Shown in pieces: positions 8,761-19,139 of a stretch of 64,000 nucleotides of DNA. The DNA is from Planctomycetota bacterium (GTDB lineage: Bacteria > Planctomycetota > MHYJ01 > JACPRB01). How positions within the stretch are numbered: position 1 is the first letter of the stretch; the number at the start of each line of letters is the position of its first letter. Both the position numbers and the translations under genes were made by a program. The stretch covers positions 4,109 to 68,108 of the forward strand of contig JBGPCZ010000005.1 of assembly GCA_041482015.1 (NCBI GenBank), given 5' to 3'. The notes below the pieces were generated by a model. The model was not told the DNA's origin and did no database searches. It saw only the letters and a list, made by a program, of their open reading frames with translations.

Positions 8761-9887
8761 AGAACGTCCGGGCGCTCGCGGCCCAGGTGCTCCTCGAGGG
8801 CGAGAAGAGGTTCGTCGACGAAGCCCTGGAGGCGCATCGCGGGGCGGCCCTGTCGCGCCGCGACCGCGCGCTCCTGACGACGCTGGTCTACGGCGTGACC
8901 CGCTGGCGCCGCGAACTCGACTGGCTCATCGATCGCTGCGCCCAGCGCGTCCATCCCGAGATCCGCCAGCACCTGCGGGTCGCCCTCTTCCAGGTCCGCC
9001 ACCTCGACAAGATCCCGCGCCACGCCGCCGTCGACGAGGCGGTCGAGCTGGCGAAGGGCGTCAGCAAGAAGTCGGCCGGCTTCGTCAACGCCGTCCTCCG
9101 CAAGGCCGCCGACCTCCCGCTGCCCGACACGATCGGCGTCCGCGCGTCCCACCCCGACTGGCTGATCGAACGATGGCGGAGGCATTTCAAGCCAAAGGAA
9201 GTGGAGGCGATCCTGGAGGCCGACAATGCGATCCTCCCGGTGACCCTCCGCCCCAACCCGCTCCGCGCGAAGGGGCCGGTCGAGCTCGAAGGCGACCCGG
9301 CCGCCGACGCGCGGTTCGCCGCGGGCGAGTACACGGTCCAGGACGAGACCTCCATGAAAGTCGCGCCCCTCCTGGATCCGAAACCCGACGAGCGCGTCCT
9401 CGACCTCTGCGCGGCGCCGGGCGGGAAGACAACCCAACTCGCCGAGCTCATGGGCGGGAAGGGGAGGATCGTCGCGGTCGATCTGCCCGATCGCATCGGT
9501 CTCGTCGCAGAATCGGCGAAGCGGCTCGGCCTCGGGAACGTCGAGTGCGTGGCGGGCGACGGGGCGACGATCGGATTCAAAGGGCCGTTCGATGCGATCC
9601 TGCTCGACGCGCCCTGCTCGAATACCGGCGTGCTTGCGCGCCGGCCCGACGTGCGCTGGCGGCTTCGCGAGAAGGACATCGCGGGCGCGGCCGAACTCCA
9701 AAGGAGGCTGCTCGAGAACGCGGCCCGGCTGTTGGCGCCGGGCGGCCGGATCGTCTACTCCACCTGCAGCCTCGAGCCCGAGGAGAACCACGTCGACCTT
9801 CCGGGCTTCCGGGTGGCGAAGGAGGAGTTCACTCTCCCGACCGACCGCCACTCCGGCGGCTACCAGGCCCTGGTCCTCCGGGTCTGA
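8757..9887 (+). CDS. rsmB: 16S rRNA (cytosine-C5)-methyltransferase RsmB/Sun family
   Basis: The ATG at 8757 overlaps the previous stop (ATGA). NusB-like N-terminus, then LDLCAAPGGKT, LLDAPCSNTG and VYSTCSLEPEEN motifs. Confidence 0.85.
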   Translation: MKNVRALAAQVLLEGEKRFVDEALEAHRGAALSRRDRALLTTLVYGVTRWRRELDWLIDRCAQRVHPEIRQHLRVALFQVRHLDKIPRHAAVDEAVELAKGVSKKSAGFVNAVLRKAADLPLPDTIGVRASHPDWLIERWRRHFKPKEVEAILEADNAILPVTLRPNPLRAKGPVELEGDPAADARFAAGEYTVQDETSMKVAPLLDPKPDERVLDLCAAPGGKTTQLAELMGGKGRIVAVDLPDRIGLVAESAKRLGLGNVECVAGDGATIGFKGPFDAILLDAPCSNTGVLARRPDVRWRLREKDIAGAAELQRRLLENAARLLAPGGRIVYSTCSLEPEENHVDLPGFRVAKEEFTLPTDRHSGGYQALVLRV

Positions 9888-9891
9888 GCGG

Positions 9892-12225
9892 CTACTTCTT
9901 CACCGCCGCCTTGAACAGCTCCTCGATCTGCGCGTCGGTCAGCTTCTCCTCGCCGGTCGCGCCGATGACGAGCGCCTTGCCGGGCGCGGTCACGAAGATG
10001 AGCTCCGTCCCCATCTTGAGCGCCTCGACCAGTTTCGGCTCCTTCTCGATCAGCTTGAAGTACGCCTCGCCGCCGAACTTGACGACCGTGGTCGCGGCGG
10101 TCGCCTCGAACCGCTCGTCCACCCACATCTCGCGGTAGAGGTAGAACTTCGTCCCCGCCGCCTTTTTCGAGGTCGTGGGGCCCCGCTCGCCCGCCTTGTC
10201 CGTCTCCTTGAGCGACCGGAGGGCCATGGCGGCCTCGACGCCGGCCTTGCCGTCCTTCTGCTTGAATCCTTCGGCCAGGCTCCGGTCTCGATCCTCGGCC
10301 TCGCGGCGCGCCGGATCCGCCTTGGCCACATCGGCATGCAGTCTCGCTTCCGCCGGGGCAGGAGCCGTCGCCGGCTTGGCCGCGAACTCGGCGAGCTTCT
10401 TCTCGGCCAGGGCGTCGAACCTGCCGCCGCCCGTGGCCGCGTTCCGGCCGCGCGGCTCGCCCGCGCCGAGCTGCTGCTGGCCCTCCAGGATCAGCTGGCT
10501 CGTGTAAGGCGTCTGGATCCCGTACTCCTTGGAAAGCCGGATCACGTCGTCAACCAGCTCCTTCGTCTCGCCGTGCATCCGGACCTGGTCGAGCAGGTGG
10601 CCGATCCGCCGCTGCGCCCAGAGGATCTCGATGAACGCGTGCTTGGGCTCGGCCGCGGCGAACTTCCCTTCATAGGTGAACGTCTCGGTCTTCCCCTGCA
10701 CCCGGCCCGCGAGCTGGAAGGCGACGTCGCCCTCGCCCGTGTAGCGCCCGAAGAGGACGAGCTGGCTGCCCGCGTAGAGGTCCGGAAACTTGTGCGGGTG
10801 CATGTTGACGAGTTGCACCTTGTCGCCCACCACCTTGAGGTCGAGGCCCGTGAGCACGGGCTGCGCGGCCTTGTTGGCGAACGCCGCGACCTTGACCGCG
10901 ATGTCCTCCTCGGGCCGGACATACTCGCTCACGCCGCCCGCCTGCGAGGCCATCGCATCCAGCAGGTACGTGTCGACGTCGTAGCCCACGCCCCAGGTGA
11001 AGAGCCGGAGCGACTCGCCGCCCTTCGCGCTGCGCGCGGCGTCGACCTTCGCCAGGATGCGGCGCGGGTCGGTCGTCTCGCCCATCGTGGGCTTGCCGTC
11101 GGTCATGAACACGATGTAGCTCGGCCGCTCGCCCTCGCGCGGCAGGCTCTGGAGCGCCGTGTCGAGCGCGCCCGCGATGTCCGTGCCGCCCTGCGCGATC
11201 AGCGTGTCGGCGTACTTGAGCGCGTCCGCCCGCCGGTCTTTCGCGGAGACGAGGCCCTTCTGCCAGGAATCGGCGTAGCTCGAGAACTGAACGATGTTGA
11301 AGCGGTCCGTGTCGTTGAGCTTCTCGACGAGGTACTTGAGCGCGTTGCGGGCCTGCTTGATCTTCTCGCCCGCCATGCTGCCGGAGACGTCGATCACGAA
11401 GACCACGTCGCGCTCGATGATCCGCTGCGCCTGGAGCGTGCTCTTCGGCGCGACGAGGAGCATGAAGAAGCCGGGCTCCTTCGCGTCCGGCCGGTAGGTC
11501 ACCAGGTCGAGGCCGACCTCCTTGTCGCTCACCGAGTAGAAGAGCTGGAAGTCCTTCTCGAGCGTCGTGTGGCGTTGCGTGTAGGTGACCTTCGCCTCGC
11601 GGTCGTTGGGGCGCTGGACGTCGACCGTGTGGGTCGGGCTGTAGATGTTCAGGATCGGCGCGGCGCTCTTCACCGTGACTTCCAGGCCGAACTCGCCCTG
11701 GATGGTGGGGCCTTTCTTCTGGCCGCTGCGGACGGGGTAGGTGTACTGCACGAGCGAGTCCTGCGCGGGGACGACCTGCTAGAAGCGGAGCGTGATCGTC
11801 TGGCTCGACTTCGCGAGGATGGGGAAGATGTTCGCGCGGAAGAGCTCGGCGCCGAGGTACTCGAGGAGCCCCGGGTCCTGCGCGCGGTTGACAATCTGGT
11901 TGTAGACCCGGCGGGCCTCGTTCTTTTCGACGATCTGGCCCGATTGCTCCTTGCCGTTGACGAGCATCGTGAACTTGCTCATCGTGGCGCCCTTGGGGAT
12001 CGGGAAGACGTACTGCGCCTCGAGCTGCCGGTCGGTGTTGTTGACGAAGACCTGCTCGACGGTCGTGGTCGCCGCCTGCCGGTCGATCTCGACCTTCACC
12101 TTGTGCTTATGGAGCGCGAGCGGGGGAAGGTCGGGCTCGTTCGGGATGATGATCCCCTGCGCGGCCGCGGGCACCGCGGCGGCGAGGACCAGGACCAGCG
12201 CCAGGATCGCGTTTCGCATCTGCAT
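9892..12225 (-). pseudogene. VIT + von Willebrand A domain protein interrupted by one in-frame TAG (11779-11781)
   Basis: ORFs 11779..12225 (signal peptide plus VIT domain, ends ...ITLRF*) and 9892..11778 share one frame. The second ORF continues QVVPAQDSLVQYTYPV and carries the vWA MIDAS motif DVSGSM. The read-through product is a normal VIT-vWA architecture. Confidence 0.7.
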
Positions 12226-12365
12226 CGTCTTCCCCTTCCAGAACATGAATCGCATCCTTGGACGCGCGACTCCGGCTCGAGTTCGCGGAATTCGTGCGAA
12301 TCGGGAACTCTCGTCAGGCACGACGCGTCCAAGCGTCGTTCCTGACGAGAAGATAGAGGTGAACG

Positions 12366-13355
12366 ATGATCCGAGTGCTCCTCGCGGTGGTCCTGATGGC
12401 GGCGGTCGCCGCCGCCCCTGCCTCCGCCAAGGCTCCCGCGGGCGGGGATGAATCCCCCAACTGCACCAAGTGCGGCAAGCAGACCTATGGAACGTCGATC
12501 CAGTGGGCGGGCAGCCCGTCCGATGCGGCCGCGAAGGCCAAGCAGGACGAGAAGCTCGTCTTCGTCCTCCACGTCTCGGGCTATTTCGAGGACGCGAACT
12601 TCACCTGAAACAATGCCCAGGCGCTCCGTGTGAACGCCCTGGCGAACCCCGAGGTCGGCGCCTACATCAACAAGTACTTCGCCTCCTCGTTCCAGAAGGT
12701 GGCGACGTTCCGTATCGTGAACGGCCAGAAGCAGGGCGGGAACGTCGCGTCGTACTTCTGCGCGCCGGACGGCCGCGTGCTTCACTGCGTCGCGGGACCG
12801 GTCGACGCCCAGACGATGCTTCGCGAGGCGAAGTGGGTGGTCGAGAGCGCGAAGAAGGCGATCGAGGAGTCGAAGAAGACCGAGACGACCTTCAAGGCGG
12901 TCTTCCGAAAGATGCACGCGGAGAAGCTGCGGCAGGACTTCGGCCTGGTGGTCGAGCCCGTCGCCTTCGACGCGCCCGAGGCGGCGGACGACGGCCCGCT
13001 GACCTACCGAGACCCGACGGGCCGGCCGCTCGTGATCGCGCTTCCGCCCCCGCCGATCGACGGGCCGGACGTGCAGTTCCGCGCGAAGGCCGCGGCGGCG
13101 CCGCAGGCCGAGGCGGCGGGCGGCGTGCAGGACAAGGCCGGGCGCCGCTGGGTCCTGGGCAACGAGGGCCGCGTCCACCAGATGATGGCCGCCTACTCGA
13201 TGGTGAAGATCGAGCGGATCTACGGGGCGGTCTTCGAGAACATCCTGGGCGAGCGGGTGAGCACCCAGCCGGTCGTGACGCTCAACAGCCGCGAGGAGAC
13301 GCGCCGGAACATCTGCCTGACGTGCGAGTCGAAGGCGGCGCTCGATCAGAAATAA
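12366..13355 (+). CDS. periplasmic thioredoxin-fold (DUF255-like) protein containing an in-frame TGA at 12606-12608 (candidate Sec codon, or a pseudogene)
   Basis: ORFs 12366..12608 and 12630..13355 are in the same frame, with only the TGA between them. Signal peptide MIRVLLAVVLMAAVAAAPASA. The junction reads ...FVLHVSGYFEDANFT[TGA]NNAQALRVNALANPEVGAYINKYF. Confidence 0.55.
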
Positions 13356-13449
13356 TGCAGGGCGGGGAGGCATCCCTCCGTCTGTAAGAATGTGCCCCCG
13401 CGCAGGCGGCGCGGGGTACAATAGTCGAGAGTCTTGGAAGGAGGCCGTC

Positions 13450-13767
13450 ATGTCGAGCCGGATGCTGGTGCTTGGAATGCTGGTGGCCGCCCTCGCCTCC
13501 TCCGTCTCCTGCACGATCCCGCCCATGGATCATCCCGAGGAATGCGCGACGATCCCGGGCGTCCACGCGGGCCAGACCCCCGATGACGTCATCAAGGCGC
13601 TTGGCCATCCGCAGGCGCGCGAGAACGGCTGGTGGGTGCTGAACATCTGGTTCGACATGGAGTTCCACGTCTGGTACTACAAGCGCGTCGGCCGGGTCAT
13701 CTTCGACCGCAACATGGCGGTCTACACGTCGGAGGCCGACGCCACCCAGCTGGGCCGCAGCAACTAG
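13450..13767 (+). CDS. small lipoprotein, hypothetical
   Basis: GGAAGGAGG SD lies 5 nt upstream of the ATG at 13450. MSSRMLVLGMLVAALASSVSC looks like a lipobox signal. Confidence 0.55.
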   Translation: MSSRMLVLGMLVAALASSVSCTIPPMDHPEECATIPGVHAGQTPDDVIKALGHPQARENGWWVLNIWFDMEFHVWYYKRVGRVIFDRNMAVYTSEADATQLGRSN

Positions 13768-13805
13768 ACGCCGCGTCGAAAGCTTCTCTGAAGGCGCCGA
13801 ATCGA

Positions 13806-13811
13806 TATAAT
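13806..13811 (+). promoter_or_regulatory. -10 consensus TATAAT 11 nt upstream of the glnS ATG
   Basis: Perfect TATAAT hexamer with no SD. The -35 is weak. Confidence 0.35.
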
Positions 13812-13822
13812 CGGGCCTTCCT

Positions 13823-15487
<1,665 letters not shown>

Positions 15488-15491
15488 CGGC

Positions 15492-16487
15492 TCAGGTTTT
15501 TCCCAGCAAGGGCACGAAGACGGCAAGCGCCGGGACGATCACGACCATCCCCGCCGTCGTGAAAAGCCAGAGCGAGCCCACGAGCTCCTCGTCCAGCCTG
15601 AGCAGGTTCGACGCCACCACCGCCATGAACGCCACCGGCATCGACGCGCAGACCGCGACCACCTGGAGGGTGACGCCGCGGAACCCGAGAAGCCACGCGA
15701 GAAAGGCCGAGACCCCGGGCACCAGCGCGAACTTCACCGCCGACATCCCCAGGCAGCTCCCCAGGTGCCTCCGCGGCGCCGCGCGGCGCAGCGTGAGTCC
15801 GACCGTGACCCCCAGCACCACGACGTTCACCTTGACCAGGATCTCCGCGACCCCCTCGAACATCGCCGGACGGTGGAGGCCCGACAGGTTGAAGGTCCAG
15901 CCGAGGATCACGCCCAGGAGGGGCACCAGCGTCACGGGCCGGAATGCCTGGCGGAACGAGGGCTTCTCGCCCACGGCCGAGATCGACGCGGCGAGCGGCC
16001 ACACCACCAGGAAGTAGAAGGGCGCCTCGAAGATCCGGTAGAGCGCGAGCTCCGCCAGCGCCCCTTCCGCGTGCGGATCCTCCGCCGTGCTCAAAAGGAG
16101 GATCGTGACGATGCCGCCGAAGGTGAGGACGTTGCTCGACGCGCCGGCCAGCCAGTACGCGCCCCGGACTCGCGGCTCCCTGTGGCCCATCCTCGCGATC
16201 GACCAGCACGCGACGCCGCCGAAGACGTGGACGAAGAGACCCACGAGCGGGAGTGCCAGCGCCCGCCCCGCCGGGATCCGCGCGACCCAGAAGAGGAGGA
16301 ACGAGAGCGGCGAAGTCAGGACGAGGATCGCGACCTGGCTCAGGACGCGGGAGATCGAGGAGGCGAGCTTGTCCCCCTCGCTGCGGTGGCGGAGCGAGGC
16401 CTGCCAGAAGACGTAGCCCGCCAGCACGGGGAGCGTCATCCAGAGGAGGATCGCGACGCTCTGCGAGAACGGGCTGCCGCCACTCAT
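15492..16487 (-). CDS. AEC (auxin efflux carrier) family transporter
   Basis: 331-aa polytopic membrane protein with an overall AEC-like two-lobe hydrophobic pattern. Confidence 0.7.
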   Translation of the reverse strand: MSGGSPFSQSVAILLWMTLPVLAGYVFWQASLRHRSEGDKLASSISRVLSQVAILVLTSPLSFLLFWVARIPAGRALALPLVGLFVHVFGGVACWSIARMGHREPRVRGAYWLAGASSNVLTFGGIVTILLLSTAEDPHAEGALAELALYRIFEAPFYFLVVWPLAASISAVGEKPSFRQAFRPVTLVPLLGVILGWTFNLSGLHRPAMFEGVAEILVKVNVVVLGVTVGLTLRRAAPRRHLGSCLGMSAVKFALVPGVSAFLAWLLGFRGVTLQVVAVCASMPVAFMAVVASNLLRLDEELVGSLWLFTTAGMVVIVPALAVFVPLLGKT

Positions 16488-16522
16488 GGGTGTGGCGGAG
16501 ATGATACGAAGTCAGGACAGAG

Positions 16523-16546
16523 ACACAGAGATAATCTTCTCTGTGT
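16523..16546 (-). terminator. 9-bp hairpin after the DUF1501 gene (no clear U-tract)
   Basis: ACACAGAGA-TAATCT-TCTCTGTGT lies between the DUF1501 stop (16568) and the AEC transporter start (16487). Confidence 0.3.
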
Positions 16547-16567
16547 ATCTGCGCCTCTGCGGCTGTG

Positions 16568-17863
16568 TTAGACCAGCTCGCGGATGACCTTGCCGCCCTC
16601 GATCATGTACTTTGGGCGGCCGAAGGTGTCGACGAACTGGACCGCCGGGTCGATCCCCAGCACGTGGAAGATCGTCGCCATCAGGTCCTGCGGTGAGATG
16701 GGCGCGGACTTGGGCACGTCGCCCCTCGCGGCCGACTCGCCGATCACCTGGCCCATCTTCAGCCCGCCGCCCGCGAGGGCGAGCGTGCTGAGCGGCGCCC
16801 AGTGGTCCCGCCCGCCGCCCGAGTTGATCTTCGGCGTCCGGCCGAACTCGCCCGTGATGACGAGCAGGATCTTCTTGTCGAGCCCGCGCGCGTGGATGTC
16901 CTCGACAAACGTCGAAACCGCGTGGTCGAGCTCCGGCGAACGGCTCTCGATGGCTTTCTTGATGTCGCCGTGCATGTCCCAGCCGCCGAAGGAGACGGTG
17001 ACGAAGCCGGCGCCGGCCTCGCAGAGGCGGCGGGCCGTGAGGAGCTGCTGGCCCAGCCGGTTCCCGTACTTCTCGACGGTCTTCGGATCCTCGTTCTTCA
17101 CGTCGAACGCCTTGGAGACGGAGCCGAGCACGGTGTTCATCGCCTGCTGCTCGAACTTGTCCATCCCCTGGATCTGGCCGGTCTGGTCGACCTGCCGGTT
17201 GAGCGTGTCGAGGTCCTCGAGCAGGTGACAGCGATCCTCGAACCGCTCGCGGGAGATCCGGAGCGTGAGGTTGTCCTTCGCGCCGCCCGACGGGTCGAAC
17301 GGGGCGTAGGCGTTCCCGAGGAAGGTCGGGCCATCGTACTCGACGCGGCTCTGGCGGACGTTGGTCGGCATCCCCGTGGTGGGTTGGTTGGCGCCGCGGA
17401 CCCGAGAGAGGATCGAGCCGATCGACGGGTGCGACGGCGCGCCGCCGTTGTCGACGATCCGGTTGTCGAACCCGGTCATGAGCCAGTGGGTGCCGCCGCC
17501 GTGGCCGCTGTTCTTGTGCGAGAACGAGCGGACGATGGCCATTTTGTCCATCACGCGGGCCATCTTCGGGAACGTGCCGCCGATCGTGACGCCCGGGATC
17601 GACGTGCGCGCCTCGCCCGTGACGCTGCGGTACTCGGAGGGCGCGTCCATCTTGGGATCGAACGTCTCGATGTGCGTGGCGCCGCCGCCCAGCCAGAGCC
17701 AGACGACGGACGTGTCCTTTGAGCTTCCGGGGGTGTTCGCGCGGGCCTCGAGGAGGCCGGGGAGGGCGAGGCCGCCGAGCCCGAGCGCTCCCACCTTGAA
17801 GAAATCGCGGCGTCGGACGCCCTGGCAGTCTTCGAACGAGCGGTTGGAAAGGATGTTGAGCAT
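16568..17863 (-). CDS. DUF1501 domain protein (sulfatase-like, Tat-exported)
   Basis: Tat-like RRRDFFKVGALGLGGLALPGLL. WLWLGGGATHIETFDPK and SFSHKNSGHGGGTHWLMTG are typical of DUF1501. Confidence 0.9.
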   Translation of the reverse strand: MLNILSNRSFEDCQGVRRRDFFKVGALGLGGLALPGLLEARANTPGSSKDTSVVWLWLGGGATHIETFDPKMDAPSEYRSVTGEARTSIPGVTIGGTFPKMARVMDKMAIVRSFSHKNSGHGGGTHWLMTGFDNRIVDNGGAPSHPSIGSILSRVRGANQPTTGMPTNVRQSRVEYDGPTFLGNAYAPFDPSGGAKDNLTLRISRERFEDRCHLLEDLDTLNRQVDQTGQIQGMDKFEQQAMNTVLGSVSKAFDVKNEDPKTVEKYGNRLGQQLLTARRLCEAGAGFVTVSFGGWDMHGDIKKAIESRSPELDHAVSTFVEDIHARGLDKKILLVITGEFGRTPKINSGGGRDHWAPLSTLALAGGGLKMGQVIGESAARGDVPKSAPISPQDLMATIFHVLGIDPAVQFVDTFGRPKYMIEGGKVIRELV

Positions 17864-18067
17864 GCGACCACTCCTTACAGGCGAAGGTCCGCGGCCTCTT
17901 TGACCCGCTCCATCCGCGTCCCACCGATCCTATCGGCGGGTGAGTCCCTATCCATAAAACCATACGTCATGGTGAACCCGTTCGTTTTGGAGGGGACGGG
18001 AGGATTGCGTTTAGGGACGGCTCGTGGGCCCTTTGAACCCGCGCGCGCCCCGGGTACAATCGGGGCC

Positions 18068-18667
18068 ATGGAAGATCCGCTGAAACGGTTCCCGAAGTCG
18101 ATCGCCGGGGGGCTCACCCTGAGGCCGATGCAGGGGACGGACGAGACGCCGCTGGCCGAGTTCTTCAAGCGCATCCCCGTGGACGAGCGCCAGCTCTTCA
18201 AGGACGACGTGACCCGCATCGAGACCCTCCGGGCGTGGGTGAAGAACCTGAACTACGCGAACATCCTGCCCCTCCTGGCGTTCGACGGCGCGCGCGTCGC
18301 GGCCGACGCCTCGCTCCACCGTGACCGGCGCGGGTGGGCGCGGCACGTCGCGAAGATCCGTCTCACGCTCGACCCGGCCTTCCGCCGCCGCGGCCTCGCC
18401 CGCGCGCTGGTCCAGGAAATCATCGACCTGGCCGGCCCCCTCCGCGTCGCGATCCTCCAGGCCGAGGTGCTCGACGTGCAGCAGGGCGCGCGCGCCCTTT
18501 TCGAGGACCTCGACTTCCAGCGCGTGGCCACGCTCCCGCAGCACGCGATCGATCTCGCCGGCCGGGTGCACGACGTCCTCGTCTACGCGCTCACGGTCAC
18601 GCCCCCGGAGAAATTCGCCCCCGAGGCGTCCGTGCAGGAAGAGGACGCCGATGTCGGCGGCGGATAA
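18068..18667 (+). CDS. GNAT family N-acetyltransferase
   Basis: RRRGLARALVQEIIDLA matches the acetyl-CoA-binding Q/RxxGxG/A-like motif. ATG at 18068. Confidence 0.75.
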   Translation: MEDPLKRFPKSIAGGLTLRPMQGTDETPLAEFFKRIPVDERQLFKDDVTRIETLRAWVKNLNYANILPLLAFDGARVAADASLHRDRRGWARHVAKIRLTLDPAFRRRGLARALVQEIIDLAGPLRVAILQAEVLDVQQGARALFEDLDFQRVATLPQHAIDLAGRVHDVLVYALTVTPPEKFAPEASVQEEDADVGGG

Positions 18668-18750
18668 TCGCCCCCGGCTGTTGGTTCACTTTTGAACCCC
18701 CGCCGCGGGCGGAGGTGCTAGAATCCCTTCGATTGTCCACGATCCGCCGG

Positions 18751-19122
18751 ATGTCCCCGGGAGCCACGCTCGCGCTTCTCCTGCTCTGCGCGGGATGTGC
18801 GAACCGCGCCCTTCGCGAGGCCGAGGAGCGGACGGTCCAGGGCGACGTCCCGTTCGGCCAGGGGAACTACACGGCGGCCATCCCCGTCTACGAGCAGGTC
18901 CTCCAGCAGCTTCCGAACTATCCCCGCGCCCTGCTCCAGCTGGGGATCTGCTGGGAGCGGCTGGGAATGACCGATCGCGCGGTGCAGGCCTACGAGGGCC
19001 TGCTTACGAATTCCGCCGACAGCCCTGAAGCGCCGCGTGCCCGCGCCCGCCGGGACCGGCTGACCGAGCTCAAGATCTGGGATCCCTCCAAGGGCCCCAA
19101 GCCCAAGGACGTTCTGGATTAG
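18751..19122 (+). CDS. TPR-repeat lipoprotein
   Basis: MSPGATLALLLLCAGC looks like a lipobox. It is followed by TPR-like GNYTAAIPVYEQVLQQLPNYPRALLQLGICWERLG. Confidence 0.6.
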   Translation: MSPGATLALLLLCAGCANRALREAEERTVQGDVPFGQGNYTAAIPVYEQVLQQLPNYPRALLQLGICWERLGMTDRAVQAYEGLLTNSADSPEAPRARARRDRLTELKIWDPSKGPKPKDVLD

Positions 19123-19139
19123 CTGATCGAGGTCACGCC

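Noticed and set aside
11779-11781. The in-frame TAG in the VIT-vWA gene read as pyrrolysine.
   Set aside because: Pyrrolysine is essentially confined to methylamine methyltransferase systems with pylTSBCD. Nothing of that kind is in the window, and the protein family is unrelated. A nonsense mutation, a sequence error or low-level read-through is far more likely.
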